Shown here: one piece after another, positions 43,273-57,004 of the stretch
How positions within the stretch are numbered: the first letter of the stretch is position 1
How the letters are laid out: every line of letters begins with the position of its first letter
Source: Perkinsus chesapeaki ATCC PRA-425
Taxonomy: Eukaryota; Protista; Perkinsozoa
Assembly (NCBI GenBank): GCA_013115145.1
Contig: JAAPAO010000018.1
Span: 74,214 to 138,213, forward strand
Direction of reading: 5' to 3'
Length of the DNA stretch: 64,000 bases
Translations under genes and position numbers: made by a program
Notes under the pieces: model-generated
The model's input: the letters and a program-made list of their open reading frames with translations, nothing else
What the model was told of the DNA's origin: nothing
The model's database searches: none

Positions 43273-46200
43273 TTAGGAAGTAGTACTTGCAATAGCAGCT
43301 GCGGCTGCAGGACCCGAGGGGACCTCTGCTGCGCGCTGAGGAGGAGGCGGTGACCGGAGCGGAGGCAAGTCTCTGAAGATGCTTCCCTGCAACCCACCCT
43401 CGTTCCTGGCTGGCCGGGAAGGTCTCTCGCTGCTAACAACCGCAATATCATCGTCATCGTCAATCTCCATTAGGTCCACTGATTCTGCCTTTTTCCGTGC
43501 CTCCATCGCTGCTCGGTGGTCATCCAGAGCTTTAAAAATTTGAGGGCATCTGTCCTCGAAGGATAGACTCTCATCGAAAACGTGAACATAGATCGACGTG
43601 TGCTTCGGCCGGTGGCAGATGTCCCCCATGACCTCATCATCCCCAATAGGCCTTGGCTCCACCGCTTGGTCGGTATTAAGAATGACCCTAAAGCACTGGG
43701 GCGGCTGGTCTATCACACTTTGCCCAAGTAAAAGCATCTTTAAGTCGTAGCCGGTGCACTCGCTACTAACTTCCTTCAAATCATCCAGCCGGCCTCCCCG
43801 CGACCTCGACGTACCATCGCCCCGCCGCACTTGCATAGCGATATCATCATAAACCATGTGGGCCTTAGCATTGCCCGAAGACGGGGGCAGCAAGCTCAGC
43901 AGTTCGCTGGTCTCCGTGGTAGAGGTACAGCAGCCCTTGTCACAGACGGGGGGGTCGAGGACGAGCTCGTTCTTGTCGCCATCTCGCCGTACCTGATCTT
44001 CCAGATGCTCCGGGGTTACTCCTGAAAAGCCACTGGCAGCCCCGAGCGGTTTTATAGATCCTCCGGCACTGTGATGATGAAGTGTGTACACATACTGTAT
44101 CTTGCATTTTGCGTTGTGTGTGTCGTATCCTTCTTCAGCGCTGCAATGACTACTTTATATTAATGTTTTTACTTGTCACAAAAACCTCTCAAACGGACCC
44201 TGTTGAGTTGTATAACCCGCAGGCACAGTGCTTAGCACAAGCTCATTTATAATCGCCATAAAGACATTATCAATTTTGTGCCACGAGCGATACAATATTT
44301 TTCGAGCTGGCATCAAATTTCCGCAAGGATATGCAGTAGATTTCCGAAACACATGACTCCTGCAAAGATTCGTTCGAGCTCACCTTGGCAAGACTCCCAT
44401 CATTCGACACATACTTCTTCTCCAAATACTTTCCCACCTCCTCATCCAACACCACCACCCACTTATTTTCACAATGCCCTCTACCTCGAGGATCGAACCT
44501 CAGCAGGCCATGCTGGCAATACATCAAACTGTAATATATCTCCCTTACGGAATCTATTCGGGCCTTCTTTGGCCCGTCTTCCTTTTCCTTCTTCGCCTCG
44601 TCACCGAATTGCGACAGATACTCCCGCCAAGACGTAAACCATCTTTTAGGTAGCAAATAGGACCAGCTGCTCCCCTCCAGATCGGACGGCAGGTCCTCCA
44701 GCGCCACCTTCCCCCCGCTCTCCAGCAACCCTTTACATTTCTCCTTTTCCTCCAAAGCGACCAGCTCCGCCTCCAGCCTCTCCTTCGTGCATTCTGGACA
44801 CAGAGGCTCTGATGGCTGCACCCACCGGTCGATCTGCAACTTCGGCAGCGCGCCGGGCAATTCAACAGCGAGCTGCTCCGAGGCGTCCAGGAGCTTCTCT
44901 AAGACCTTGATTTCCCGAGACACATACTGCGATCCTTCCGCGTGGTTGGAGGTCTTCCCATGCGGACATACAAGCCCCTCGCTCAGGTCCGAGACCTCCG
45001 GAACCTCCTCCTTCGCGCCCCTGACCAAGTGATTGACCACGAACCTCCAAAAGCGCACGTTATCCCAGACGAGGTTCCCTCTCGGAGCAACTTTAAGTGA
45101 TATCTTCAACCTGCTGGTAGCCGCCTTCGTCCCTCCTATCGGCACACTCGGCAACTTGGTCTTATTAATGACGGCCAGCGACGGCTTCCTCTGTCCATTC
45201 CCCTTGCCACTGCTGCTCTTCGATGGTGTTGCCAACACTACCACACATGTCTCCTCCAATTCACGCAAGCATTGCACTTTCTGATGAAGGTCCGAGCAGC
45301 ACTCAAAGCAGAGGGCTTCGGATGCTGGAGTCACCGCAGCCTCGAACTCAGGCTGTAGTAGGGCAGCTGGTATCACCTTCACTGCGCCACGAAATGTCGC
45401 CAGAGGATCCACTTTGCCGTGCGAACATCCCACACCCGAACAGAGCGAGTTGCCGTTGGTTGCCTTCACAGGCGATTCGCCAACGGCCACACAGCCGGAC
45501 TGCTTCTCCGACCGCGCGCCACCAAATTGTTCTTTTAATTTTTCTGCCACATCATCGCCGGCGCACCAGCTTGATACGAACTGGGATGGAATAAAGTAAA
45601 GCGAGTCAAGAGAGGCGCCGGCCTCGCTGGACTGGCCGAGCGCAGTCAAGGTTGACATCACGGAGGTAAGTTGACTCTTCCGATTAGCCACTGCCGTCTC
45701 AACGGCTTTCGATGCCTGCTCCATGAGTTGGATTTCAGAGGTGACCTGGAGAGGTTGAAGCATGCATCTCATATTTTAAAAGATATGCTACCTTCTGGTT
45801 GATCTCATCGACCTCTTCCCTCAGCCACTTCGGTATCTCTCTTCCCTCTTGTTTAATCGCATCATCATCCATCCCCACTACATCCTCCCGTGCGTACACC
45901 AACATATATGCCGTCTTCGAAGCCCCTCTGGGAGCCTCCGGAGATGCCTCATCGATCATCCTCTCCAAACTAGCTGGCGATGACCCTCCCTTCACCGACT
46001 GCCCACTTGCCGTCGTGCAAGCGTCCTCATCTTCCCCCGGACTTTTCGTTCCCGATTTTTTCCTACTCCCTTTGCTGAGTCTTCGTCTTTTCTTAGGCGC
46101 CGATTCCTTCACCGCCCATTCGTGCGGCTCCACCCTCTCATCGTTGAACGCCATCCACCCTCCTGCAGCCTCCCCAGTCAGCAGCGTCGCCGTGTAATGG

Positions 46201-48560
46201 CCAGAGTTTGCCGAGGCGCCGTGGTGCTCCAAGACCCCCGTGCACCTGTATCTTGCGCGCCCCGAAATTGCCTCGCCCTCGTCCGTAATGAAGGGTGTTA
46301 AGTCCAAATCCTCCAGCGGGAAGTCGACCTCCGCCGCCAACCGTCTTCGTTCGCCATTCTCAAACATGTACCGCTGGATGATAATACAAAGATGCTCCGG
46401 GCACTTTTCTATTTTCTGCACTCTCACAGCCTCCCCTCGCCCACTGCAATTCAAGCACTGATAGTCGCTGAAGTTTTCCTGCTCGAACGTCCTCGCCAGG
46501 GACTCCTCAAGTCGCAGAGGTTCCGCAGAGTCCAAACAAATCCGGAGTTCGGCGAGGCGCTCCGATCGATGCACGCTGTTGCCACACGTGTTGCACTGCG
46601 TACTGTAGCGAATGCTACCGCAAAAGATATCTTGGATGAAGTTGGGGGAGCCCGAGGGGATCTGCAATACTCATCTCTGGAGACGTACGACTGCCCAAAT
46701 TACCGCACTCTCAATCGTACTGAACAGCATGGTTGCCAGCTCGCTGGTATCCTCCTGCACTCCCGAGTCAAGCTGCAAAGATTCTCTCCAACGTCGCCAA
46801 GGTCTTCTTCAATCGCTCCTTACCTTACACGCCTTTATGAACGCCTCCACAGATCCCTTGCACGTAGCTGACACTCCCTCCTCCATTTCAGCAAATAGTA
46901 CCTAAGACGGAGGCTCTAAAGAGAAGTCCACAGCCACCACGGAACTGTCAAGGGAATATCGAATGAAGGAAAAGGGAGATAACGAAGAATAAAGAAATTC
47001 AATTGTTAGACGATTACCGTAGGAAGGGAACAAGCCTATTTGAAGCCCCAGTGTGTCGGGCACCTTCCTGAGGTCTCGTAAATACTGTGCACGATGTGAT
47101 CATGTGGAATTTTGCGACGATTGGTTTATCCATGAAAACATCGACGACTATCGGACGAACCAATGCAAGTGTCGCTTTCCAGTGGAAGGCTGGAACAGCT
47201 CAAGACAGCGCGATGGTTGAACTGAAGCCGATCGGATGAGCGAGATCTTTGAGAAGCTCCCATGAATGATGATATATTATCCCCCCACAGCAAACATTTA
47301 ATAGTATTACTCCACTACCTACTGTAGTCTACCCCTTCCTCCCCCCCTTTGTTGCTTCACATACCGTCTCGTATACTATCCGTTTACTAGACTAGCCCCA
47401 TGTTCCCCGAACAAGTTAATTCCACCGATTAAAGGCTGCTGCTGCTGCCCTTCTCGAACAATACCAATCCCGAGCACCAGAGTCATGTTGGCTCTGTTAT
47501 CTGCCTCACCTCACAGTAGCCCTATTCCTATATACACCTCATCACAGCCCATTCTAAACCGCCCCTGCCTCAGCATCCCCCCTTCTACTACCTGCATCGT
47601 CCTTAACCACGTTCCCTTCCCCTCCTCTATCGGTGGTATACTGTAAATGCCATACCGAAATGGTTTGATGGCATAGAGAGCTTGAAGCAGGGCATTCGCG
47701 TAGCAAGTGGCGCCGAGGTTACGCAGCCCCGCGTATTGTCCTGAAGGCATTCATGTCAGTTACACATCGAGTTCGTTTTTTGTCACAATTTTTACGAACT
47801 TCCCCTCAGAACCGACCCGGGCACCATCAACAGTACCTTCCCTGAGCTGCTCAATATTCCTGTCCAATCCCAACTCGACCTTCAGGAATCGGGGCGACCA
47901 CAAGCCCTCCTTTCGATTTGTTGCCGACTGAAAATGAACAATATTAGAGGAATTATCAACAACATTTCAACCGCTGGCCGGTTCGGTGAAGCTGGTGGAG
48001 AGCTTCACCATTTGAAACTCGTTAATGCATTTCGTCTACTATCATCCAATGCTCATCGCGGTTGAGCTCTACCACCAACAATTTCAACGCTCTTAATACT
48101 GCAAACTAGCACAGAGCTCATACCGCTCCCTCACCAAGCACCTCAGAATTTATGGTACACCCATTCCACAGCCCCATCTTTAAATGAATAAGCACAGGCG
48201 CAGTGAACCGCCCCCCTTACTACCATAAAATCGAGAGGATCGTCCTTATGCCGTTGACTTGACTTCGGCGTCGTCCACTTCAACTTCGATAGGCTAAAAC
48301 ATGCCCACCTCACAGGCTCAGAGGAAACCCCGAAGCTGCCCGTTTCACCTCGGAAGGTTATAATACGGCAGGAGCGTGTCTGGCTTGTCTGCAACTGGTG
48401 CCTCCTCCTCCTCCGGGAAGCAGTTGAATTTCACACCAGCTGCATTCGAAGATGCCATCTCGATAATCGAAGCTCCCGAAGCTGAATCTTTTGACACTAT
48501 CTTTGATAGAGATATTGTGCGTAAAAATCCGACGATTCCTCCGCCGCTTTCCAAGCTCAT
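43273..48560 (-). CDS. USP48-like ubiquitin-specific protease (paralog A): N-terminal module, UCH, DUSP-like, UBL-like
   Basis: Cys box [16 protein letters not shown], His box GVLEHHG..NSGHYTA, WMAFND; DUSP-like [12 protein letters not shown] and [14 protein letters not shown]. The upstream PYYNLP exons splice in phase 1 (REG|GQYAG). Start is 48560 or 48458. Confidence 0.88.
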
Positions 48561-48772
48561 AGTAATAGTGACTTCTACACAACAGAATAGGATACAGTCA
48601 AACGTATACTAACCACGCAACTTATACAACTGTTATCATTCCACATTCGCACACAACTGTCATACTAGAGCTCCCCTGCCTCCTCCTTTCGCCTCATCAT
48701 CAGGTGCTGCTCTGCACATCTCCTCCCGCTCGCCATGAAATTGATTTATACCACATTTCCTTCGCATTTCCT

Positions 48773-51700
48773 TCAAGAGAATGACTCGTGGAATATACTT
48801 CCAACCAGACCGCCTTCAGCCCTCAGATTCCTCCTTCGCCGTCGATCCGCAGCAGCAGTCGATGCCGTGGTTTTCTCACTTCTCTTAATCTTACTCGCCG
48901 GCTCACTAGTAACCGTCGGTGATGGGGTTGATGACGGCATACCCGTCGCTGTCTGCTCGCTCTTAGACACCCACAGCTTTGCCAGCTTAGGATGCCGGCA
49001 AAGATACCCGAATCGAGCGTCATCAGCCAGCTCTCTCTCCTCCGGGGCGGACTCACCGTCCTTACAGTACTGAAGAACCAGTTTGACTCGGACATTCTTG
49101 GGCACAAACCCTCGAGTCAACACCTGCAGTCTCATATCGTAGCCACTTGTATTGGGGCAGATACCCTCAAGAGTGCCAAGACGGATCCCTCGACTGGCCG
49201 ATCCTCCCCACTCCTTCGAGCGGACCTCCAAGTCAACCGCGTCAAAGACGGGAAAAGGCATACCGTCCTCGGCGAATTCGGGGGTGGAGGGCATTTCTAC
49301 CACCCCACTCCTAACAGCACCGAGACCAGTGGTAGAGCCAGCTCCAACCAGGTAGTTAGCGTTGAGCTTGTCGGTGGCCATGTCGGTCCCTCCGCCTTTA
49401 CCGCGGCCTTTGCTGCTTGCGCACACCGGGCAAGGCTGGGCATCACCTGGAAGCCAGGTCTCCATACGAAGCTTCGGCACCAGAGTCGGCAGCCTCGAAC
49501 ACAAACGCTCCGATTGCTCGATAGCCCTCTCGATGAGCCGCCGTGACCGAAGTACTCTAGTCGTTGATGTTGGCTTGTTTGTAGCAAGGTTACCATGTTC
49601 ACAGACACAGCTGCCACAGAGGTCCACTTCGCCCAGAGAGCTCGGAGCAGTCGATACCGTATCCGATCCCTCCGAGTCACCATTGCTCGGCGACGGACTC
49701 GGTGCCCAGTAAGATGAACGCGACGACAAGGGAACAGCGGTCGGGCGAGGCTCCCTTAGTTTGGCTCGCACCAAAGTCTGCCAAATAGCATCATTAGGAA
49801 CACCCATGGCAGCAGCGGCAGGACGAGGCGAGGTGTTCGGCGTTGAAGGTGGCGTCGGCTGATGCTGTTGCTGCTTCCTCTGACGGCCGCCACCAGAAGC
49901 CTTCCGGCCTCCCTGGCCGACAGTGGCCACCGTGGCGAGCTTGATTCGAGGCAGAGACTTGTACCATACCCATACACTACTGGCGGTCGGCGTACTTGAA
50001 GGGTCCGGCTGCAGTCGCTGGCATGTCTCATTGAACTCCCTCAAATCCGCAGTAAGATCGTGAAGATCTCTACAACACTCTACACATAAACCATCCTTGC
50101 TCGCCAACGGCACCATAGCAGATCGCAGTGACTCTGACACTTCCTCTTTAGCCAACACTCGACAACGATTGGCAAATACACTCAGAGGGTCAACACGATC
50201 ATGTTTGCACTTCATCTCCACCTTCAATGACTCCAGCACGTCACGGCTGCCCTCCTCCTGCTCGGTGCTATGCATGCCTGCCTCAGCCAGAAGAGCCCTC
50301 ACCACATCGGTGCCCTTAGACCACTCCTTCAAAGCCAATGCCGGAACAAACACCAAATCGCCGATGCTCTTCACATTTTCATACGAGTGAGAGAGCCTAG
50401 AGATAAGCCCTCTCACTTCCCCCCGCCTCGCCTCTTGAGCCACACTAGCTGCCTCACACAGCTGTTTGTGCACAAACGTCTCCGGCAGCCTCAATGCATC
50501 GTTCTTGCGCTTGATCTCCGCGCCCAGCCACGGCGGCAAATCAGGACACTCCTCCACCTTGTAGCCTTGCTTCACATACAGCACCATGTAAGCAGTGTGT
50601 GACCTTGCCCGCTCCGGTGCCGTCCGGTAACGCTTCGTGCCCCTCTCAGTTGGAGAGTCAACCTCGTTCGCGGCAACCACATCAGTAGGCGTAGTCCAGT
50701 CAACCTCCCGCACATCACCATCATCAAGCCTCCACCAGACACCAGTATTATGGTCTCTCAGTGTAGCCGTATAGTGCCCAGCATGTGCCACCGTACTGTG
50801 GTGCTCTAAAGCACCGACACAATCGTAAACACCAGCGTTAAACGGTCTCAAGTCCAACCCAATCAATGGGAAAGAGAGCTCCGTGAGAATCTTACGCCGA
50901 ACGCCATCGACAAAGACATGGCGGTGCATAGTTATCCATAGGAACGGCGGCGCCGACTTGATCGACTGTCGCCGTGTCGCTTCACAGTACTTGCCACACG
51001 CGCAGCAATAGTAATGTCTGTCGTACGAGAACAACTCGGGGGCAAAGACGTCAGAGACCAAATCCTCGAGATGAATGTCACCACCAGAGCCAGGGGAATA
51101 CGGCAGAGGGAGCCTCATTTCAGCAAAGACTTCAGTCTGCTTCGACACCGACCCACAGCTGTGGCAGGTGGTCTCATACATGACCACACCACCAAAGGTC
51201 TCTTGAACAAAGTCAGGAACGCCTTTAGGAATCTGAACAGCCGCGACGTGGCGATCTATAACACCACAGCGATGAGCCTACCAGTCGCTGCAGCCAACTC
51301 AGCAACAGCATCGATAGCTCGCTTGGATCCTCATGTGTGGCTGTGTGAATCTTGCACGCTTCAACAAAGGCTGTCACCGAAGATTCGCAGGTCGCACTTA
51401 TACCACACTGCATTTCACCAAACAGAACCTACAAAGGCGACAACTACCGAAATACCAAATTAACTACCAAAACCACAACTCAAGCTGCACAAGAAAGGCT
51501 CACCTGCAAAGCCCGCAAACTGGCCGCTTGCTGGCTGAAGCCCGAACTGCGACCGTTAGGCTCGGCGGTGGACAAACTGATTACTGCTGTACGAAATGGT
51601 TTGGTGAAGAAGAGAGCTTGTATAAGGGAGTTCACATAACATGTAGCTCCGAGATTGCGGATGCCGGCATAAGGCCCTACAAAGGACAGAGTCACCAAAT

Positions 51701-52083
51701 AGGAGAGCAAAGACGGCAGCCCTACCGGCCCTCAAAGGCTCAAAGCCTTTATCCAGACCAAGCTCTTTCATCACAAAGTTCTTCTTTCGCCAAACACCAT
51801 CACGGAGGTTCAAAGATCCCTGAGAACACAGAGCGTATCTTGTGCACACCCATCAACCGTCACTGCGCCACAAAATTCAGCAAGTCCGTAGTCGATCTTC
51901 TGGTCAGAAGCCGCGCACACTTACAATAACATCAGCAGCGTCGCCCTTAACTGGACGAACTGAACGCTTGTCGGACCATCGAAGAGCTCGCACGTTCGCT
52001 GGCAGGTTATAGTAGGGCATCAGGGACACCGCGCTGGATGGGGTGTCCGGGGTGGGGGCTCTCACCAAGAATTGGACGGACAT
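48773..52083 (-). CDS. USP48-like ubiquitin-specific protease (paralog B)
   Basis: ATG at 52083 (MSVQFLVRAP...LMPYYNLP); phase-1 splice LRAG|[19 protein letters not shown]; His box GALEHHSTVAHAGHYTA, WWRLDD; DUSP-like and UBL-like regions in the 804-aa terminal ORF. Confidence 0.88.
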
Positions 52084-52667
52084 CGATCCGAATGTGAAAA
52101 ATGAAACTAATACTGTATTAGTGATACATTATTCCATTGAAGACCGACGCTTTATTCGATGACGGCGAGATTGCACGCAAAGCGCACACAGAGCTCTAAG
52201 ATAGCATCGGTAAGGCCCCTATGGGCCACGAGGGAAGATTATATTTCAAGAACATGTGATGCGAAATAAGTAATAGTAAAAGGAGATAGCCAGCAAGGTG
52301 GAAGGTGGTTGGGAAGTAACAGAACAAAATAAGCTAGAGACGATGCACACAAGCCGCCCGGCAAGACTCTAAAGGGCGACTAATGAACCGTCAAAGAGAA
52401 CAGTAATGATAGTAATACATAAGAAGCAGATGTTATAGTTGAAGATTGACAAATCTAACCATCAGAAAGCAAAGGGTGACACTCCTGACTAGCCAGGAAG
52501 AGGAAAACAAGTGATTCAAGAAAAGTAGGGACCAATCAAAGGTAATCAATCCAACCGAGCATCGTTCAGTAGCACAGACCATTCACAATGCTAGTAGCTG
52601 ACACAGCCACTATCGAAGTACTCAAGGCTCAACAATTCCTTCGACCAACGCGCAACCAATAAGGCCA

Positions 52668-54492
52668 TCAAAAGGCTGAACGTTTGCGTTTGCAAAAAGC
52701 GCGCGCCCATGCTGAGCGCAGTTTCGTTAAGATTAGCGGGCGCCCTGTCTCGTTCCACTGGTGACTTTTGATGAACACAATAATTCTGTAATGGAGATGA
52801 ATTAGGAGATCAACCCCCAGCATGCTGCGGGCACGAGTGGGTGTCAGGGGACAGCTCCTGTGGGCCGATCCTGACAGACATGGATGGTCGAGCGACGACC
52901 AGAAGAAAGCGTGCCTGAGCCACGGGTGCTGGAATGCCTCCTCGGCCGACAGCCTATCCTGTGACCGCAACTGCAGCAAGCGGCAGATCAAATCTCGTGC
53001 ACCTCGAAAGACTGTTGAAGTGTAGGGTGATAGGAGCCCACTTACCGACGGTTAAAAGAGGCCGAAAGTCCTCCGCGATGACATCGAGGTTGATGTCTCG
53101 TTCCAAGATTTGCCGGTACCTTCCAAAAAGATGCATGCTTCCATGCCCCCCACGCTACAGCTTATGCAGCTGTCTGTTGTAAAAGGGCAGTGAACCAGTT
53201 AGGACAACATATGCTACCACCCCGACCGACCACAGATCTATCTCGCGACCGTACCTGCCACCACGGACATCTGCTGCCAGGCACAACCACCAACAGTCGT
53301 ACTCTTCCTGTCTGATTATTTCCGGTGCCAAGTAAAAATCCGAACCACAAACGCTTCGACTGTGAGGAAGCCTTCGAGGGAAATCAGCTGCTCGCTTAGC
53401 CAGGCCGAAGTCCGCAATCTAACCCCGTCCCTCCCAATCCCCTCTCCACACCGCCGTACCCTTATGTCAGTATTGCTGCCTCGACTTACCAACAATACGT
53501 TCTCGGGTTTCAAATCTCGATGCATCAACCCTTTACTGTGGATGAACGCTACTCCTCCTAAATAGGCATTTCCCGATCATCAGTTGCATCGCTCCGCTCA
53601 CCGAGTAAATTCCGCAGAACTATTTTGCCCTCCCCCACGGAGTAGTTACCAACCTGCCGCAATTCCGTTGAATAGGCTTTGTCCGACCTACCCGATCACC
53701 TGTCTGATCCTCTCGTACAGATCTCCACCGCTACACAAGTCAAACACCAGTCTCACGGTGTTTCTGACACCTCTAGCCATGTCACCACCAACCCCCAGAC
53801 ACTTACGTAAGCCCAAACGATTTATCGTCAACATCTCGGAGAGTAATGACATGCGGATGGCCCCGCACCAGGCGCAAGATGCGTATCTCCTCTCGTATTC
53901 GCTCAACAGCCTCCCCTCCCTCGGCGCTGGCTTCCACAGTCTAAACTGGAGTTGCTGTAACTAATTCCCAAACGAGTGTGAGTATTACATATCATCATCA
54001 ACGCATATAGTATAGCTAATACAACTAGCTTATAGGATTAATAAATCACTAATAATTAATATACACACAGAGCCACGTGGAAATCACTTTTCGCACGGAC
54101 ATCAAAATTCTGAGACGTGTGGCATTTTTACGCACCACCCTATACATACATACAACAATAGATACAAGTCGATCCGGGCCCGCCCGTATTACCTTCAATG
54201 CGAATAGCTGCCGATCTGAGTACTCTGCCTCCGACTTCAGGCAGCACGCCACAACCATACCAAACTTGCCCTTCCCCAGCGTGCCGCGCTGCCCATCCAA
54301 GACGTACTTGGAATCGAAATCTGATAAATCCGATACCGCTCTTCGCCCAAATACCGTGCCTATAGAGGAGTCGGCGTCTATCAGCTCCCTGGTGAGATCT
54401 GCCACTGCATGAGTGATGTGCTGCGGGCAGGTGAGGAGGCCAGCATGCCCCTTATGAACAGTAGAGAACACTTTCCCCATCCCTGCCACCAA
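52668..54492 (-). CDS. Ser/Thr protein kinase, CAMK/CDPK-like catalytic domain, multi-exon
   Basis: LGKGKFGMV, FALKVI, LVFDLCSGGDLYERI, MHRDLKPENVLL, MICRLLQLRSQDRLSAEEAFQHPWL. Confidence 0.9.
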
Positions 54493-54499
54493 CCCTCTT

Positions 54500-56200
54500 T
54501 TGCCTTAGAACTCAACAACCAAGCCAACAAGCATACAACTGCTATCGCATGCGCTTGAGCTTGCTGAGAAGGTCTAGCAATGGCCGAACTTGTGGCTTCT
54601 TCAACATACCCTCCTCCAACACCATACTCACCACCCTGATCAGCCCATCCCTCCATTTAAGACCCCCAGCTCCCCACCGCTGTGTGCCAGCCAAAGCTTG
54701 CAGGTCCTCCGGCTGCCGGAAAAACCTCTGCCAATCACATTGGAATTCCTCACAATCCGCAAGCATCGACAGGCTCTCCGTCCCTACCGCCTGGTGCACA
54801 ACAGAACGAACTGCGGCCCTGAGTTGGAATGCTCAGACCCTACCCGGAGCCCCATAGGGCACTCTTGATTGGCAAGATGACGGGCTAGCTTTGATACCAA
54901 ACCAGCCTCCTCCATTAATTCCAACATCTCCCTCGTATTAAGTTTTTCACAGTGTTGCATCATGCAGTGGATATAATGTAGCACCACCGACTCCTACCAC
55001 CATTCCCCTGCCATCAACCCTCCTCTGAGTCGCCCTACTACCTGCCTCCGAACCTGCTGCACATCGATACCCTTCCTGACAATCTCCTCCAATACAGTCT
55101 GAGTCAATCCCATAGACGAACCGTCTCACAAATGCTTCTCACAGAGCAATGTCGGATAAGTAGGGGCATGTCCGACAGCTGCAGGGCCTCCACGTGCACC
55201 AGACTCCTCCATACCAACACCCCAGAACTCTCCTCAAACGTGTTCTGAGATCACGCCCTCCCCGCCTCCCACTGCTGCTGCCCTGGACGCCCTACAATCT
55301 TGTTAATCAGTGACTGCGCTAGAGCGTGGGGATCAACGATTCGATGACCGTCAAGTCCACCATTTGCCTTGGCGCACTCCACCACTGCATCGTCGATGGT
55401 ATCCCAGTTCGCATATTGCCACACCTATCGTACTGCAATAAACACATGGCGAGCAGACGCCAGATTTCCTGTGGAGCACTTTTAGTGATTATTCAAGAAA
55501 TTCTAGCGGAATCCAACCAGGCATTCCACCCGTAAGTGCACCGCAGCCTCATACCGCTCCTCCCATTTATTACCTTGAATTCATGTAGCATCCTTAAACA
55601 CACGTTAACCTTAGCCTCCTCCAACAGCAACCTGTCCAAGCCATCCCTCCCTACCCCTCCCCCACTTCCCCACCTTATAGCATCTTCCTTCTTATCTTGA
55701 TCCCATAGTGTTCCACTATCACCAAGCCTTCCAAGCACCTACACACCCTTCAAGCCACCCCTCCCTCCCCCCCCTGGAACCTTATCAGTGTCCAAGTCCA
55801 ACACCTCCTCCCTCTTCGCCCCTTTGCCAACCTTCGGAGTGTATGCCTGTCCCTCAATGCTCACTTATCCCCTCACATCTGAGGCTCACCTCTAACATTG
55901 CCAACCTCGCCAATTGCTCCAACGTATCGGCAAGGTCGATCCAACCCCTCGACAATATCGGATACCTGCCAACCCCTCCGCCGACCCTCCACCACAGCCC
56001 ACGGTCTAATCTCCCTGATGCACTCCCGAGCAATCGCCGTCCTCTCCTGCCTTGCCTCTTCCCTCAGTTCCTGAGCCTTCATACCAGCATCTGCCTACAT
56101 ATACCCACACATTATCACCCTTCTCATAAGCACCTATTCCCTTCGTATACTTCGTGCCACTCGAACCGCCGTCTTTCTTGTGCATTACACCAAACCACTA
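54500..56200 (-). CDS. Helical multi-exon region: N-terminal extension of the kinase or a separate gene
   Basis: Protein-like minus-strand ORF pieces (55873..56082, 55493..55738, 54784..54987, 54542..54799) with splice signals; connection to the kinase not established. Confidence 0.4.
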
Positions 56201-57004
56201 CTATAATCCACAACAGCACCAACACAGAGCCACCCTAACCCGAGACGCTGGAAGACTCTCCAAAGACGCTCCCCTATACAAGTCCACGGAGCATAATACG
56301 ATACCTATCACAATAGACACTCCTAAGTATACAAGTGGCAGTCTACATATGCACCAGAGGCTACACTACAGTATCAGATGAAGTCATCACTATTGCCTTC
56401 CCTACTCACATATGATCAACCACACGTACTGGGTTAGTTCAAGTTAGTCACTTTCACTGGTGAGAAACGGACTTGCAGGAAGTTCCAGAGAACTGACTTT
56501 GCTGCGCTACAGGATGAAAAAGCCAAAGTCCTATGACCCAACACTGGCGTTAGAGCTCCTATTTCCACATTACCAACACATACCAGAAAACTGTCAAACT
56601 TAATACCAATTAGATATCCCCTTTATTAACTTCATAAAACGCAATAGGATTTAAAGGATACTACTGAGATAGGTGTTTTTATGGTGTATGTGGTGGTACG
56701 TCCATCAATTTATTATGAAGTCGAAACGTCACTGTAAGCAGTCCCACTCACAGTGATAACAACATTCACAGTCCAACAACAGCCAACATATCATTCAAAG
56801 GGTAGGGTATCAGCAGTTATAGGTGGGAAGCAGATGAAGCATCAGCAATAATATTACTATTACTACGACATAATCTAATAACAGATTAAAGGCCTCCTCT
56901 TATTCTCCTACAACTACCGGTAGTATTGCTTTTTAAAGTAGTAACAGGCACTACAGCGTGTATAGCCAAGCCGACGATACAGCAACAACAACAACGAGAA
57001 CTAC

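Noticed and set aside
47511-48582. Separate small gene upstream of USP A, with USP A starting at MPSGQY
   Set aside because: A phase-1 intron joins the upstream exons to the Cys-box exon, exactly as in paralog B.
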